This document shows, piece after piece, positions 25,408 through 37,300 of a stretch of DNA of 64,000 bases. The notes under the pieces were generated by a model that saw only the letters and a program-made list of their open reading frames with translations, was not told where the DNA came from and ran no database searches. Every line of letters starts with the position of its first letter. Positions within the stretch are counted from its first letter, which is position 1. The position numbers and the translations under genes are program-made. The stretch covers positions 2,604,001-2,668,000 of the forward strand of contig NC_043011.1 in NCBI RefSeq assembly GCF_006345805.1. The letters run 5' to 3'. Origin of the DNA: Octopus sinensis. Lineage: Eukaryota.

Positions 25408-25830
25408 TTATCATTATCATCATCGTTTAACATCTGCTTTCCATGCTAGCATGGATTGGACGATTTTGACTGAGGACTGGCGAACCAGATGGTTGCACCA
25501 GGCTCCAATCTTGATCTGGCAGAGTTTCTATAGCTGGATGCCCTTCCTAACGCCAACCACTCCGAGAGTGTAGTGGGTGCTTTTTACGTGCCACCGGCAT
25601 GGGGGCCAGTCAGGCGGTACTGGCAACGACCTCGCTCGAATCCTTTTACACATGCCCCCAGCACAGGTGCCAGTAAGGCAACATCGGTAACGATCACGCT
25701 CGAATGGTGCCCTTTTACATGCCACTGGCACGGAAGCCAGTTGGCTGCCCTGGCAACGATCACACTCGGATGGTACTCTTGGCACCCTACTAGCACGAGC
25801 ACAAGTGCCAGTAAGGCAACACTAGTAACG
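25408..25830 (-). mobile_element. SINE family C with internal minisatellite-like repeats
   Basis: catcatcgtttaacatctgctttccatgctagcatgg tail; repeated ggcaacga(c/t)c(t/a)cgctcgaat...gccagtaaggcaac units. Confidence 0.8.
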
Positions 25831-25923
25831 AAAATTTAATAATGAGGGTAGAAATTGATATCAATCAATTAAAGCCAGTGGCTTAGCATATTTAAAAAAT
25901 CCGAAGATTAAAAATTATGTTAC

Positions 25924-26243
25924 ATACAAAATTAAGAGGAATAACCACCAAAGTGGACTCCTAATATGCTAGATACAGACATCAAATCGCATAAACATGA
26001 AGAGTGTGTTTTCAAGAAAAGAATTTCAGCAAAACGCCAGAACGTAAAAATGAGCAAGACAAATACAAATATATGGAATAAAAAACGATTACCTACATTC
26101 TCATTTGTCTCGCTCATTTTTACATTCTAGTGTTTTGCTGAAATCTTTTTCTTGAGAACACACTCTTCGTGGTTAGGCGATTTGACGTCTATATCTAGCA
26201 TATTAGGAGTCCACTTTGGTGCTCATTCCTCTTAATTTTGTAT
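25924..26243. repeat. Imperfect palindrome, ~141-bp arms, 38-nt loop
   Basis: atacaaaattaagaggaataaccaccaaagtggactcc...gacaaat / atttgtctcg...ggagtccactttggtgctcattcctcttaattttgtat; right arm abuts (TA)n. Confidence 0.9.
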
Positions 26244-27149
26244 ATATATATATATGATAGAAAAATTATACGAAATGTATAACTAGATGATGAGTAAAGT
26301 ACCGGCACAGTTGAGGTTATGTGTTGTTATCCATAGATTTACTTCAGGAACTTCTCGAATTTGATGGGCATATAGTGGTAAGCAAGCCAGCACAAGAAAT
26401 CTCTAAGACAACGTTTTCACTGACGTACCCAAAGAGACCCAGAATGATGGTTCAAAACATGTGTTGTACTTAATAAAAGTCGAATATACATTCCCTCTCC
26501 TATTTTATTAATACTATATATAACATAAGGGACTAAAGCCATCTGAATATGGCTAGGGACAGGGCAGGGTGGTGGGGGTGTTACTGTTGCATTTAGCCCA
26601 AGGCGAACAACAGCGTCGCCAGATAGGCTTGACACCATCACGGCGTCCTCTATCCTGCAAAGGGAGATAATTCTCCGATGAAGCGGAAACCACACACGGA
26701 CCTAGGTTTCAAGGTGTTTGCCTATTATCAACGTATGGTAGGCACCCGCTTCCTCGACGAACCACTCACTCTGCAGGATATTTATATAGATTTTCAAGCA
26801 AAATACATTTGCTGATTTCGAAAATCTGTTCGACAGCAATAATAATTCTCTAAATGAGATATAGACACTTATGTTATGGAGCAGTTACTGTCTATATCTC
26901 ATTTAGAGAATTATTATATATATATATATATATATATATAATAAAATAGGGTAATAATAAATTATTGTTACCAGTGGCCTAGCACGAAAAACGAGTTAGT
27001 CATTAGATTATATATTATTCAAATAGAAATACAATAAGAGGCTTCCAAATACGAAAGCGTTGTGCTTTCTAGCACAACACTTTCCTATTTGGAAGCCTAT
27101 ATATATATTTATATATATATACAGATATATATGTATGTATATATTATGT

Positions 27150-27974
27150 GGTAATACTTCAAGTAGAAAAAACCACAAATCTTGAAATTACAGCTACCCA
27201 GGGCTTTCTAGCTGAAATAATAATTTATTCCACCATTTATCAAGCTGAAAAGAAGACCATTTCTTAGGTTTGTTTTTTTCAGCAGATAACATTTAAACAA
27301 GAGATGCTTGTAAAGAAGACAAACAGAAAAAACATGAAGGAGATAACCAACATTACAATAATACAATATTAAGCAGACATAAACCAGATGTTACTGGTTT
27401 ACTAAGTATCTGGTGGTCTACCTTTGAATTCCAGCAAGGTGGTATTTCCTGAAATATGGACATAAAGAAGATAACAAAACACCTCGTGATTAAATAGAAA
27501 ATAATTGAGAAATCTATACCTTATGTGAATGGATCAAATAAATGTAGATTTTGTTTGGCTGAAAGAGTGCAAATCCTGTTCAGATCTATGATCCTTAACT
27601 CTCTTTTGAACTCCAGGTCAGAAATTTTCAGTTGTTGCGTGCATATGCATAAAAATATTCTGAAGAATTGGAAAATTCCACCTTTTCCTGATTGACTTGA
27701 TACCTTTCCAGCCTTATTATTTAAAGCCTAAGGAGCATAGCACTTTTTACCTTTCTACACTTTAGTTTCGTTTTCTGTTTTTCATTTTCCATTCTTTACT
27801 GTCTGTAATTTCTATATGCTGCCATTCTCAGCTTTATCGCATTTTTTCTATTTATCCAGTTTTTTAATTTGTTATAATATGTGGCTTATGCCTGCAGAAT
27901 ATGAGTTCTCTCAACATATGAAACTATTATTAGCACTTTAATACATGTATTGTGACTTTTAAATAATGATAATA

Positions 27975-27975
<1 letters not shown>
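27150..27975 (+). mobile_element. Penelope-like element 3' remnant (GIY-YIG C-terminal region plus 3' UTR), flanked by (TA)n
   Basis: 27501-27695 translates as IIEKSIPYVNGSNKCRFCLAERVQILFRSMILNSLLNSRSEIFSCCVHMHKNIL, matching the recalled PLE C-terminal pattern PY..G...C.LC..EK..I...LLN.RSE..S.C.H; TA tracts on both sides. Confidence 0.7.
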
Positions 27976-28011
<36 letters not shown>

Positions 28012-28184
28012 AATATGTATGTATGTATATATATAGATCTGAATATGTATACACACACACACACATATATATATAATGGTATTTTTTTATAAGCTTAAAT
28101 CTTATAGAGATCACCATGCAAATGACTTAGGAAAATAGGCCAATAATGGGGCATATAAGTCCTTGACAGAAAAAAGTAGGCTTT

Positions 28185-28259
28185 CCTGTATGTGTGGAAC
28201 TCGAACCCACATCCCTTTGTTAACATGACTAAGTGAGTTACCGATTACACCAGCAAACC
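28185..28259 (-). pseudogene. Degenerate tRNA-like sequence
   Basis: Minus strand: tggtgtaatcggt (A-box-like), gtggg-ttcgagt-tccac T-arm, downstream T-run; acceptor stem poorly paired and anticodon unassignable. Confidence 0.45.
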
Positions 28260-29056
28260 AGCCTGCTCCTTTCTGTCAAATCTAAGAACTATATTAGTTT
28301 GTAGTTGTTTTTTGTAAACAAAATTTATGCGCTTTTAATGCAAACATACATATATATATATATATACACACACATACATATACATGTACTTGTATAGTTA
28401 TTCTCACACACACAAATACACACATACGCATACACATGTATAAGGACAAAAGGAAAAGTACACATCTCTCCTTTTGATCTTTTACACTTTTCACTTGCTT
28501 TATCTATTCCATAGCAACTAAATTAATATTTGTATTAATTACACACAAACACGTGTATATATAATATATTCAGAACTTGAGAGGGATGCATGTTTGTGTG
28601 TGTGTGTGCGTGCATGCATGTGTGTGCATCTGCATGCATATGTATGTGAGCTTGTGTGCTCAGCAAATTGACATGCACACATATAGGAATTGTCAATATA
28701 CAATATATCTTACTTTCATATGTCCATCCTTTTACTGATTCACATCATTTATGGAAAAGTGCCAAATAACTGCTAGAAAATGTCACTTAATACTGTACTC
28801 AACAGAAAATATGTGAGATATGTCATGATTCTATGTTCCTTTAATAGTTAATGGACCACATGATCGGTGATATCTGCTCTTTTCTTAAGCTGAATGTTTA
28901 GAAGTATCATCATTCCTTCAGTAAACTGTCATAAGAAACAATAATAAGAGATCCATCTAAAGAATGTTGTTAGAGCTCAGCATTCATCTTAAGTAAGGGA
29001 ACGAACTAATCCACCACATGATACTTAAAATGTCAAAGGTGTTTAGAAAGTAGTGT

Positions 29057-29442
29057 GGATCTTTTCGGTTTGAACAGCAGTTTTTAAACTTTGTATACTG
29101 GTAGAATGTGTTTATAAAACATCTTTTTCTCTTGGCTTTATTGAGAAAATTCTATAGTTTGTAAAATATTTGTAAGATATTTTCTTCAATTTCGGCAATT
29201 TCAACCAATCAGTGACATCTATTGAGTTAAAAAGCATTCTATGCCGTATGAATATGTCCCTCGTTTAAGAAACAAATTGGGTTTATTTACATTTCTGAAG
29301 AACAAAGATACCCTTCCCCCCACCCCTAACCCTAACCCTAAAACAGATTGAAATGCAATAGATCGAAACTAGGGTCATAATTATGGGTGACAATTTCATA
29401 TGACACCGCTAGAAAAAACTGCTGTTCAAACCGAAAAGATCC
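29057..29442. mobile_element. MITE (386 bp) with perfect 29-bp TIRs and 8-bp TSD; contains (CCCTAA)n
   Basis: TIR ggatcttttcggtttgaacagcagttttt at both ends; TSD agtagtgt at 29049-29056 and 29443-29450; cccctaaccctaaccctaa at 29323-29342. Confidence 0.92.
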
Positions 29443-30007
29443 AGTAGTGTTTATTTATAACTGTGTTGTATAAGTGCAACTGCTGTTATAAGAGTAGGTA
29501 CAAGACTATTTCAGCATCTACTTTTTAGAAATGATTTTTATCTGAGGAGTATAGTTATGGCTGCAGAAAGGCAATATGTTATATGTGGAGAAAAAAACAA
29601 AAAAAACACAGAAGCCATTTTCTTTGGGTGTGCTGATTAGATAGTCTGGTAATGAGCTAATCTCCAACCCATATTACTTCAATTTGAAATTTTTCATCTT
29701 TAAGGAAAATCTTTATCTCATACTCTAATAAATATTGTATCTAACAACCAATCAGTATAAGATTTGCATGACAGTAGAAACACCAGCATTTTTATTCAAT
29801 CTGCTATTGCTAATCGAAATGGAAATGTGATGACATCAGCACAGATTAGTTCCTGATTTAAGGAAATAAGCAATATTGACATTCCATATACTGAACATCA
29901 ATACAAATATTAGTCATTGTTAGTTATTCCCTGTCCTTGCTTGGTTCTAATAATTGACTGAATTCATGTCTCAACATTTTTCTATAACATTTAAGTTTGA
30001 AGAAGAA

Positions 30008-30325
30008 AATCCCCTTCGGTCATGAATGATCATGGTATTGCACCTAGAAAGTTCCCCTTTGAGGCACAAGTCTGGGCAAAGTTGTTTATGGAAGACTAGC
30101 AGTCATCCATGCATACCAGCCTCCCCTCTCCATCTCACTGATGTTATCCAAGGGAAAGGCAAAGGCCTGTACAGCTTGGCATCAATGTCATTGCAACTCA
30201 TTTCTACAACTGAGTGAACTGGAATAAGGTAAAATAAAACGTCACACAGCTTAGTCTGGGAATCAAACTCACTACCTCATGATTGCAAACCCAGTGCTCT
30301 AACCACTGAGCCATGCACCTTCACA
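30008..30325 (-). mobile_element. tRNA-derived SINE family D, degenerate
   Basis: Reverse complement of 19818-20159 with an internal deletion. Confidence 0.8.
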
Positions 30326-30839
30326 TAAAAATGTGAACCATTTAAGTTTAATTGCCTTGAAACCCCTCTAGTATGATCAAATTTTGTTTGCTTGAAGATT
30401 GTACCTGTTCCACCCCTCACACATTTAACCCCAGACACAAAATCAATTGCTATGCCTAGTCAAAAGTATTCAGTGGATAACTGTGCAAATTCACTGTGGA
30501 GAACTTGGGTCATAATTACAAAAACCAAAAAATTAAATGCAATGTCTTATCATTAATTTCTCAACCCTAACCAATATTTACAGATTATTTTACACTTTTC
30601 CTCTATCTGTCATAGAAGAGCTAATACATAATATCACATTTTTATTTTAGTAAGGTGATTATTATCAACTACCCTTGATAATTAAAAAAACACCCTGACA
30701 CTACTTTCAAGCCCTAGGATATTAGTGTCAGTATGTCCTAAGAACTTTGTGCCATGTTTTCAGCAAGTAATGATCTGAATTATCTTACAACATTAAATCT
30801 ACTTATTGTATATAGACCTTATTTTATGTAGTAACTCAA

Positions 30840-31297
30840 TTAACCCTTTTATACCAACCCACATGAAAACTGCCTCTGGCTCTGAAGAAAGAATGTGTTG
30901 TTTTCAAAAGTTCTGAATTAAAATCTTTCATCAAACCATAGTCACAATTTATGTTTCTAACACTAGCTTAATGATAACTAAGTTATTTCACTAACTACTT
31001 TGAGCTGGCAGAATCGTTAGCACGCCGGGCGAAATGCGTAGCCGTATTTCGTCTGCTGTTATGTTCTGGGTTCAAATTCCGCCGAGGTTGACTTTGGCTT
31101 TCATCCTTTCGGGTTCGATAAATTAAGTACCAGTCACGCACTGGGGTCGATGTAATCGACTTAATCCCTTTGTCTGTCCTTGTTTGTCCCCTCTGTGTTT
31201 AGCCCCTTGTGGGTAGTAAAGAAATATATATTATATATAAAATTAATTGAAAGAAACACAGAGCATCTCAACAGAAATATAGTAACAGAAGGGTTAA
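30840..31297 (+). mobile_element. TTAA-flanked piggyBac-like MITE interrupted by a SINE A insertion
   Basis: TTAA at 30840-30843 and 31294-31297; collinear with 2782-3007 once 31001-31226 is removed. Confidence 0.8.
31001..31226 (+). mobile_element. SINE family A, full length (nested in MITE)
   Basis: Close match to 23985-24206 and to the reverse complement of 4267-4503. Confidence 0.9.
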
Positions 31298-33056
31298 AGA
31301 TCATGACGGAGAGTTAAAGGGAGATGGTATTGGTTGATGTTACTAGAAAAAAAGAAATTCTCAGGAGTAAATTTAGGCAAAAATGTGATGTTTATGGTAT
31401 AAAGGGATGAAGAGAAGAAGAAAGACAAATTACGTCAAATTAGAGTGGATGGAGATGAAATATATATTAAGTAAACAAAATCTTTTTATCTATTATCTTC
31501 TTTCACTTGTTTCAGTCATTAGACTACAACCATGCTGGAGCATAACCTCGAGGAAGTTTTAGTTGAACGAATCTACCCCAGTACTTTTTTTCTGAAATCT
31601 GGTACTTATTCTATCAGTCTCTTATGCTGAACCACTAAGCTATGGAGATATATAGATTTGGTCTCTTATGCCTACCCTACATAGCCTCAAACAGACCAAA
31701 GTCTTGTGAGTGGATTTGGAAAAGAAGCTCATCTTGTGTGTGTGTGTGTGCGTGTGTGTGTGTGTGTGTGTGACAACATAGGTTGTCTAGTGGTGGTGAG
31801 GGATGGACACAGACAAACACACACAGGGTAGGCATGAGAGGCCAAATCTAGTCATTTTGAGCACAAAACATAGGATATTTGGGCTGGATATGACCATTTA
31901 GATATTCTAGGGTTAAACTCAGTACTTGACTGGTAACTTTATTCTCTCATTCCTGGAAAGATGTAAAGTAAAGTTGATCTTGGCAGGACTTAAACTTAGA
32001 AATTGCAACAAGGCCAGCATTGCCTTTCATCCCTTTGTAGCTGGAGGAAAGAAAGGCAATCTTGATCCTCAAATGAAATTTGAACTCAGAATGTAAAGAA
32101 TTGAAACAAATACTGCAAGACAATTTGTTTGATACTTGAATGGTTCTGTCAAAGACAGTAACAGCAAAGACATTCTTTATAACAATAATTCAGCTTATGA
32201 ACATTTGAAGTGATGGTTTATACGCAACAAGCTTAGTGAAATAAATGCATATTCAACATAACTATATATAAGTACTCAAAATGTATAGATGCATCAACAC
32301 CAGTGTGTATACACTAGTCTTATTAATATAGAAGGACAGTCAACGGTTGCAGAAAATTATAGACTATTTTGAATCATAAACTGTTAAATAATTTTAAAAT
32401 AATGTCCAGTACAGGAGATATGCAATTAAGATTAAGTTATGATTTACTTTGCCTTTGAAAACAATATTTACAGTATGTGATCAAGTGAAATATATTATCA
32501 AAGTGAATCATATACACATACATTCATGTACACATACTCAAAAATATACCCCCACACAAACTAACATCTGTAGATTTACATACAATCACAAGCAGTAAAG
32601 CTTACAATGATAAATACATAATTCATTTAACCATGTGAACTGAGAAAGAAGCATCTAAGTGGTTGCTTCATATGCTAGGAATAGTAGCTAAATCTCCTTC
32701 AAATTAAATCCTACCAACTTATATTTAAAAAGACAGCACATTGCATAATATAATCTCATGAAATTTCAATTCATATGAGAAAACTACTAGAGACAATCAT
32801 GGTATTAATCTATAAATTTCTAGGTTATTTATCTCCATTCTATATAGATATTTCTCATATTTCTATCTATATTATCTTTATCAAAGTAACTGAAATGTAT
32901 GTCATGTTTATTGAATTAAGTGAAAAGTTATCCACCCAGCTACAGATTATAACTATTCAGGAATAAGACAAATAATGAAAGTCAGAGACTGAATGAATCA
33001 AAATGAATTATAGAGGAAACCACTAAAAAATACACTCAAAAGATAGGATTAGTGAT

Positions 33057-33454
33057 GGTAAGTAGCTTGCTTACCAACCACATGGTTCCGGGTTCAGTCC
33101 CACTGCATGGCACCTTGGACAAGTGTCTTCTACTATAGCCTCGGGCCGACCAAAGCCTTGTGAGTGGATTTGGTAGATGGAAACTGAAAGAAGCCCGTCG
33201 TATATATGTATATATATATATATATGTGCGTGTGTGTCAGTGTTTGTCCCCCTAGCATTGCTTGACAACCGATGTTGGTGTGTTTATGTCCCCGTTACCT
33301 AGCGATTTGGCAAAAGAGACTGATAGAATAAGTACTGGGCTTACAAAAGAATAAGTACCGGGGTCGAGTTGCTCGATTAAAGGCGGTGCTCCAGCATGGC
33401 CGCAGTCAAATGACTGAAATAAGTAAAAGAGTAAAAGAGAGAAAAGAGTAAGAG
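33057..33454 (+). mobile_element. SINE family B, near full length
   Basis: Match to 24579 and 55387. Confidence 0.9.
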
Positions 33455-33484
33455 TATTAATTTCTAATACTGATTTCAAATTTT

Positions 33485-33686
33485 GGCACAAGGCCAGCAA
33501 TGCCAGGGAAGAGACTAAGTTGGTTACATCAACCCCCATATTAAGCTGAAACATATTTTATCGTCCCCAAAAGGATGAAAGGCAAAGTCAACCTTGGTGG
33601 AATTTGTATTCAGAACATGAAGACAGATGAAATGCTGGCAAACATTCTGCCCAGCATGCTAACCATTCTACCAGATAAACCACCTT
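33485..33686 (-). mobile_element. SINE family A, degenerate
   Basis: aaggatgaaaggcaaagtcaaccttggtggaatttg... is the reverse complement of the central domain. Confidence 0.7.
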
Positions 33687-33874
33687 AGAAACTCCTGGTA
33701 TTGTGTTCTATCCAATATGGGCACAAGGATACGAATACATAAAATGAGCACAAAAAGTACAAAGTTTTAATAATGACACTTTGGCATAAATTTACGAATT
33801 TCTAATATGGACACAAGTCTCTAATATGAATTCTAGGAGACACATTTTATAGTAAGATAAAGATGTGTGTCTAT

Positions 33875-33916
<42 letters not shown>

Positions 33917-34539
33917 GTCAAACAATGAGAATCAGTGCTCAACACAGCATTGATGGATAAAGATTCTTTATTTGTGTATTAAGGCTACCATTAGTTTCAT
34001 GTTAAGAAAATATCTTAATTTTTAAGCTGATCATATGGAGAAATTGATGTTTGACTCCAATTTGGATTAAAACAAAAAACACACACATGCACACACATAT
34101 GAATATGAATCCATTTTAATTCGTTAGAAGGGATAAATCATAAAACTCAATACATAAGAATTGAGTATTCTTTAATAAAGTATAACTGAAAGCTCTTTAT
34201 TCCAGTACTCTGAGTTATATGTTTTTAATCGATTGGCTGGCAAAACAAGCTTACTTTTCCTTTAAAATTTTGGCTGTTTGAATATATTTTTGATATATAT
34301 GATAGTTATAAAGAAACCTTTTATCTTTAAATGAACAATGAAGCAAAATAATTTAAGCTTTGACAAAAATTTTGACAACAGCTTAACTTGAGAATTTCTC
34401 AGCTTCTATACAAAATGATTTTAACCTGGGACAAAAGTGAAAGTAATGTAATAAATGCAAGGACTTCCCAATTAGTGTGTTTAATTCTATTTTTAAAAAA
34501 GTTTTCAGATTACCCCAAATTTACAAATGTTTGGTGAGA

Positions 34540-35064
34540 TATGAAAGGTTTAGTCCAATTTGAACTTTGAAGCCCAAACCAAATGATAACAAAGGAGATC
34601 TACGGTGAGCAGCTTGAGTGGCTTAAGTCAGCGCTAGAAGGATAATGACCATCTTTGGTTTGAAAACGAAAGATGTTCTTCTATCAGGATAGTACTCAGC
34701 CACACACAGCGAGGATGACATTCCAAAGACTGGAACAGTTTGAATGGGAAACAGTGCCCCACCCACCATATTCGCCAGACATTGCCCAATCTGATTATCA
34801 TTTATTCCGCAGTCTTCAAAATCATTTGAGCAGAAAGAAAAAAAGAATTCTGTAGATAAGGTCAGAACAGTTCTTGAGGAGCATCTTTCATCACAGACAA
34901 GTGAATTTTGGAAGAGGGACCTTGCGAGTCTACCAGATAGATGGAATAGCATTGTAGAAAATGAAGGAGAGTATATTTTAGATAAAAAAACGACTTTGTT
35001 TATCTTAATTTTGAAAAATAAGAGAAGTATAAAAAAAGCACATTATTTATGGGATAACCCAATA
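34540..35064 (+). mobile_element. Mariner transposon 3' remnant (D34D transposase C-terminus plus right TIR)
   Basis: FFYQDSTQPHT...WETVPHPPYSPDIAQSDYHLFRSLQNHL (YSPDLAPSD-like motif); right end cattatttatgggataacccaa followed by TA (35063-35064); stops and frameshifts present. Confidence 0.9.
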
Positions 35065-36377
35065 CATTAAGAATACACATCTGTGGAGTATTCAGCTACT
35101 TGTACATCAATTTCACAAGCAGGCTGTTTTGTTGATCAAATCAACTGGAATTCTTGTCATCATAACCAATGGAATGCCAAATCTGAAAACAATGTGTGGT
35201 GACAATTTGCAATTAAAATTCAAGCTTTGTCAGAGCGAAAATATTTACAACACACTGCTTGTGTACTTCAGTAATATTTGATTATGTAAGCTTATAGTTA
35301 CCTTTGACACTATTCTCTTAATTCCTGATTTAAAATAGATGTTATTCCACTATATTTGGCTGCTTGTAAATTTTGCATTAGATATCTTTGCAGGATATTT
35401 TGGTAAATATAAAAACAAAAAGAAATGTTCTTAGGTAAAAATGTAGAAATTTATGAGTCACATGAATATGCTTTTATCAATAACAAAACAGTTATAGAGT
35501 ATTTGGAGAGTTTGCAGTTGAGATTTACTATTCTGGAGGTTACCGACACCTCTTCCAAAATGATGATAAATTAAAGATATATGAGATGTTGGTTCAGATG
35601 CCGGACTGTAGCAGAATAAAAGCAAGTCGAGTATAAAGCCTGACAAATGTTGGCAATATAGCTGAAGGGACATGCCCACTGACTAGCATTTCTGTTTACT
35701 TTTATTGGTTTTAGCCACTGGACTGCTGCCATTTGGTATAGAATTTAGAGCAATTCATGAATATTTGGGTCAATCAGCTTAACTGTACTCAGCATCATTG
35801 TGATGTGGGTGTCAAGGATTTTAACACAAGAAGTACTGGATCTTTTAACTATTGGGCAAACTTTTAAAAGCTACATAAAATATCAAGTGATGGGATGTAT
35901 CATATTCAGGAAATATTTTGCAATCTCAACATGCTTTTATTTATTTTATGTAATAGTGGAGCGTTGAAACACATTAAAAATGACTCCTAACAACTTCTTG
36001 TGTTAAAACTCAATATTAGTAAAACCGTTTTTAATTTGAGAGCAAAGGGAAATCTGAAAATAAAGAGTCCGAAATTGATGTAAAATAGGCTGAACAAGAT
36101 ATAGTGTTAATAATAAGAAACAAATCTGCTTCTTTGAAATTATCTAGAATCATAGCTGTTTGTGTTCCTTTTGTTTTTACTGATTCATGGGAGTAACTGT
36201 GACCATGCTGGAGCAATAACATCAAAGGTTTTGGCTTAATATGCCTGGAGCGTTTAATTCAAATTTACACCAGTTTTATTGATCAGTATAGATAGAGCTT
36301 TCAAGCTGCAATTTTGACATTTAGGGATGTAAATTTTGACATTTAGGGTTTAACATTTGTTTACACTGGGCAGTATA

Positions 36378-36685
36378 TCTTTATATATAAAACTGAAGTT
36401 GTGTATGTGAGAGTCTGTCTACTCCGATTTAGATTCCTAACTACTCCCACATTTTGCGGTGCAGTTTAACCAAAACCGGGTATCTTATAGTCGTGATTCA
36501 TATCGAGCCCTTCTGGATATTAGCGCATGTCTACGATGAGTCTACGATTTAAAAAAAAATACCATCATTTTTTCGTTTTTTTAATGCATTTTTTACTCGG
36601 TTTTATATAAGGGAAGTAACTCTCTAAAAATGCTTATATAGTTATTTCCCTTACAAACCCGAGCAACGCCGGGCGATACTGCTAG
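36378..36685 (+). mobile_element. Non-autonomous Helitron (308 bp)
   Basis: Inserted between A and T; 5' TC start (tctttatatataaaact), 3' hairpin cccgagcaacgccggg followed by ...gCTAG end. Confidence 0.85.
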
Positions 36686-37074
36686 TACTAGTATAAACAT
36701 ACATTCATACACATGTACTCACTCACACACACACACGCACACAGTTGAAATTCATGCAGTTCTTGCATGAGACAAGTTTTTGTGAATTCAAAATTACCTG
36801 GTTGATTGTAGACAGGGCACCATTATATTAGAATGGTAGCTTCAAATAAAAATGGAGTATGAAATTTATTTGAATACAAAATTAAGAATTTTGGTTCAAA
36901 GCAGTAATGGTTTGCAAAACAGAAGAGAATTGTTACTGACATTTATGCACAAAAAAATGTTTCTCTTATGTAAATAGCGACTGCCTTCAATTGAGCAGAA
37001 AAAATGTTATTTCTAAATGTTTAATAAGTATATGTATATTTAGGCATGTTTGTGTGTGCATGTGCTTCTATATA

Positions 37075-37257
37075 TAAGCAGTTAAGTATATGTCTGGTCA
37101 TAGAGTGACCAATCGTTTTCCATCAATAAAGCACTTACCTCTATGGACGATTCATCAGACTAATGGTCATTAGAGTCTGATGAATTGTCCATAAAGCCGC
37201 TTTATGGATGCAAGACTAGTGGTCACTCTATGGCCAGACATATACTTAACTGCATAT
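37075..37257. repeat. Nested inverted repeats (outer ~36 bp, inner ~20 bp)
   Basis: gcagttaagtatatgtctggtcatagagtgacca / tggtcactctatggccagacatatacttaactgc enclosing tatggacgattcatcagact / agtctgatgaattgtccata. Confidence 0.85.
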
Positions 37258-37300
37258 AAAAACATTCCTGCTCTACGCTTCAGAGTGTGATTCTTTTTCA

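Noticed and set aside
25600-25830. CRISPR-like array (repeats with variable interiors)
   Set aside because: Eukaryotic context; the units are degenerate internal minisatellite repeats of SINE family C, with no cas genes.
26670-26770. Canonical hammerhead or HDV-like ribozyme
   Set aside because: ccgatga...gaaac lacks a pairing stem I and ttcctcg lacks a compatible P1/P2; retained only as a generic structured-RNA candidate.
29323-29342. Interstitial telomere or chromosome-fusion scar
   Set aside because: Only three units, lying inside a TIR-bounded MITE.
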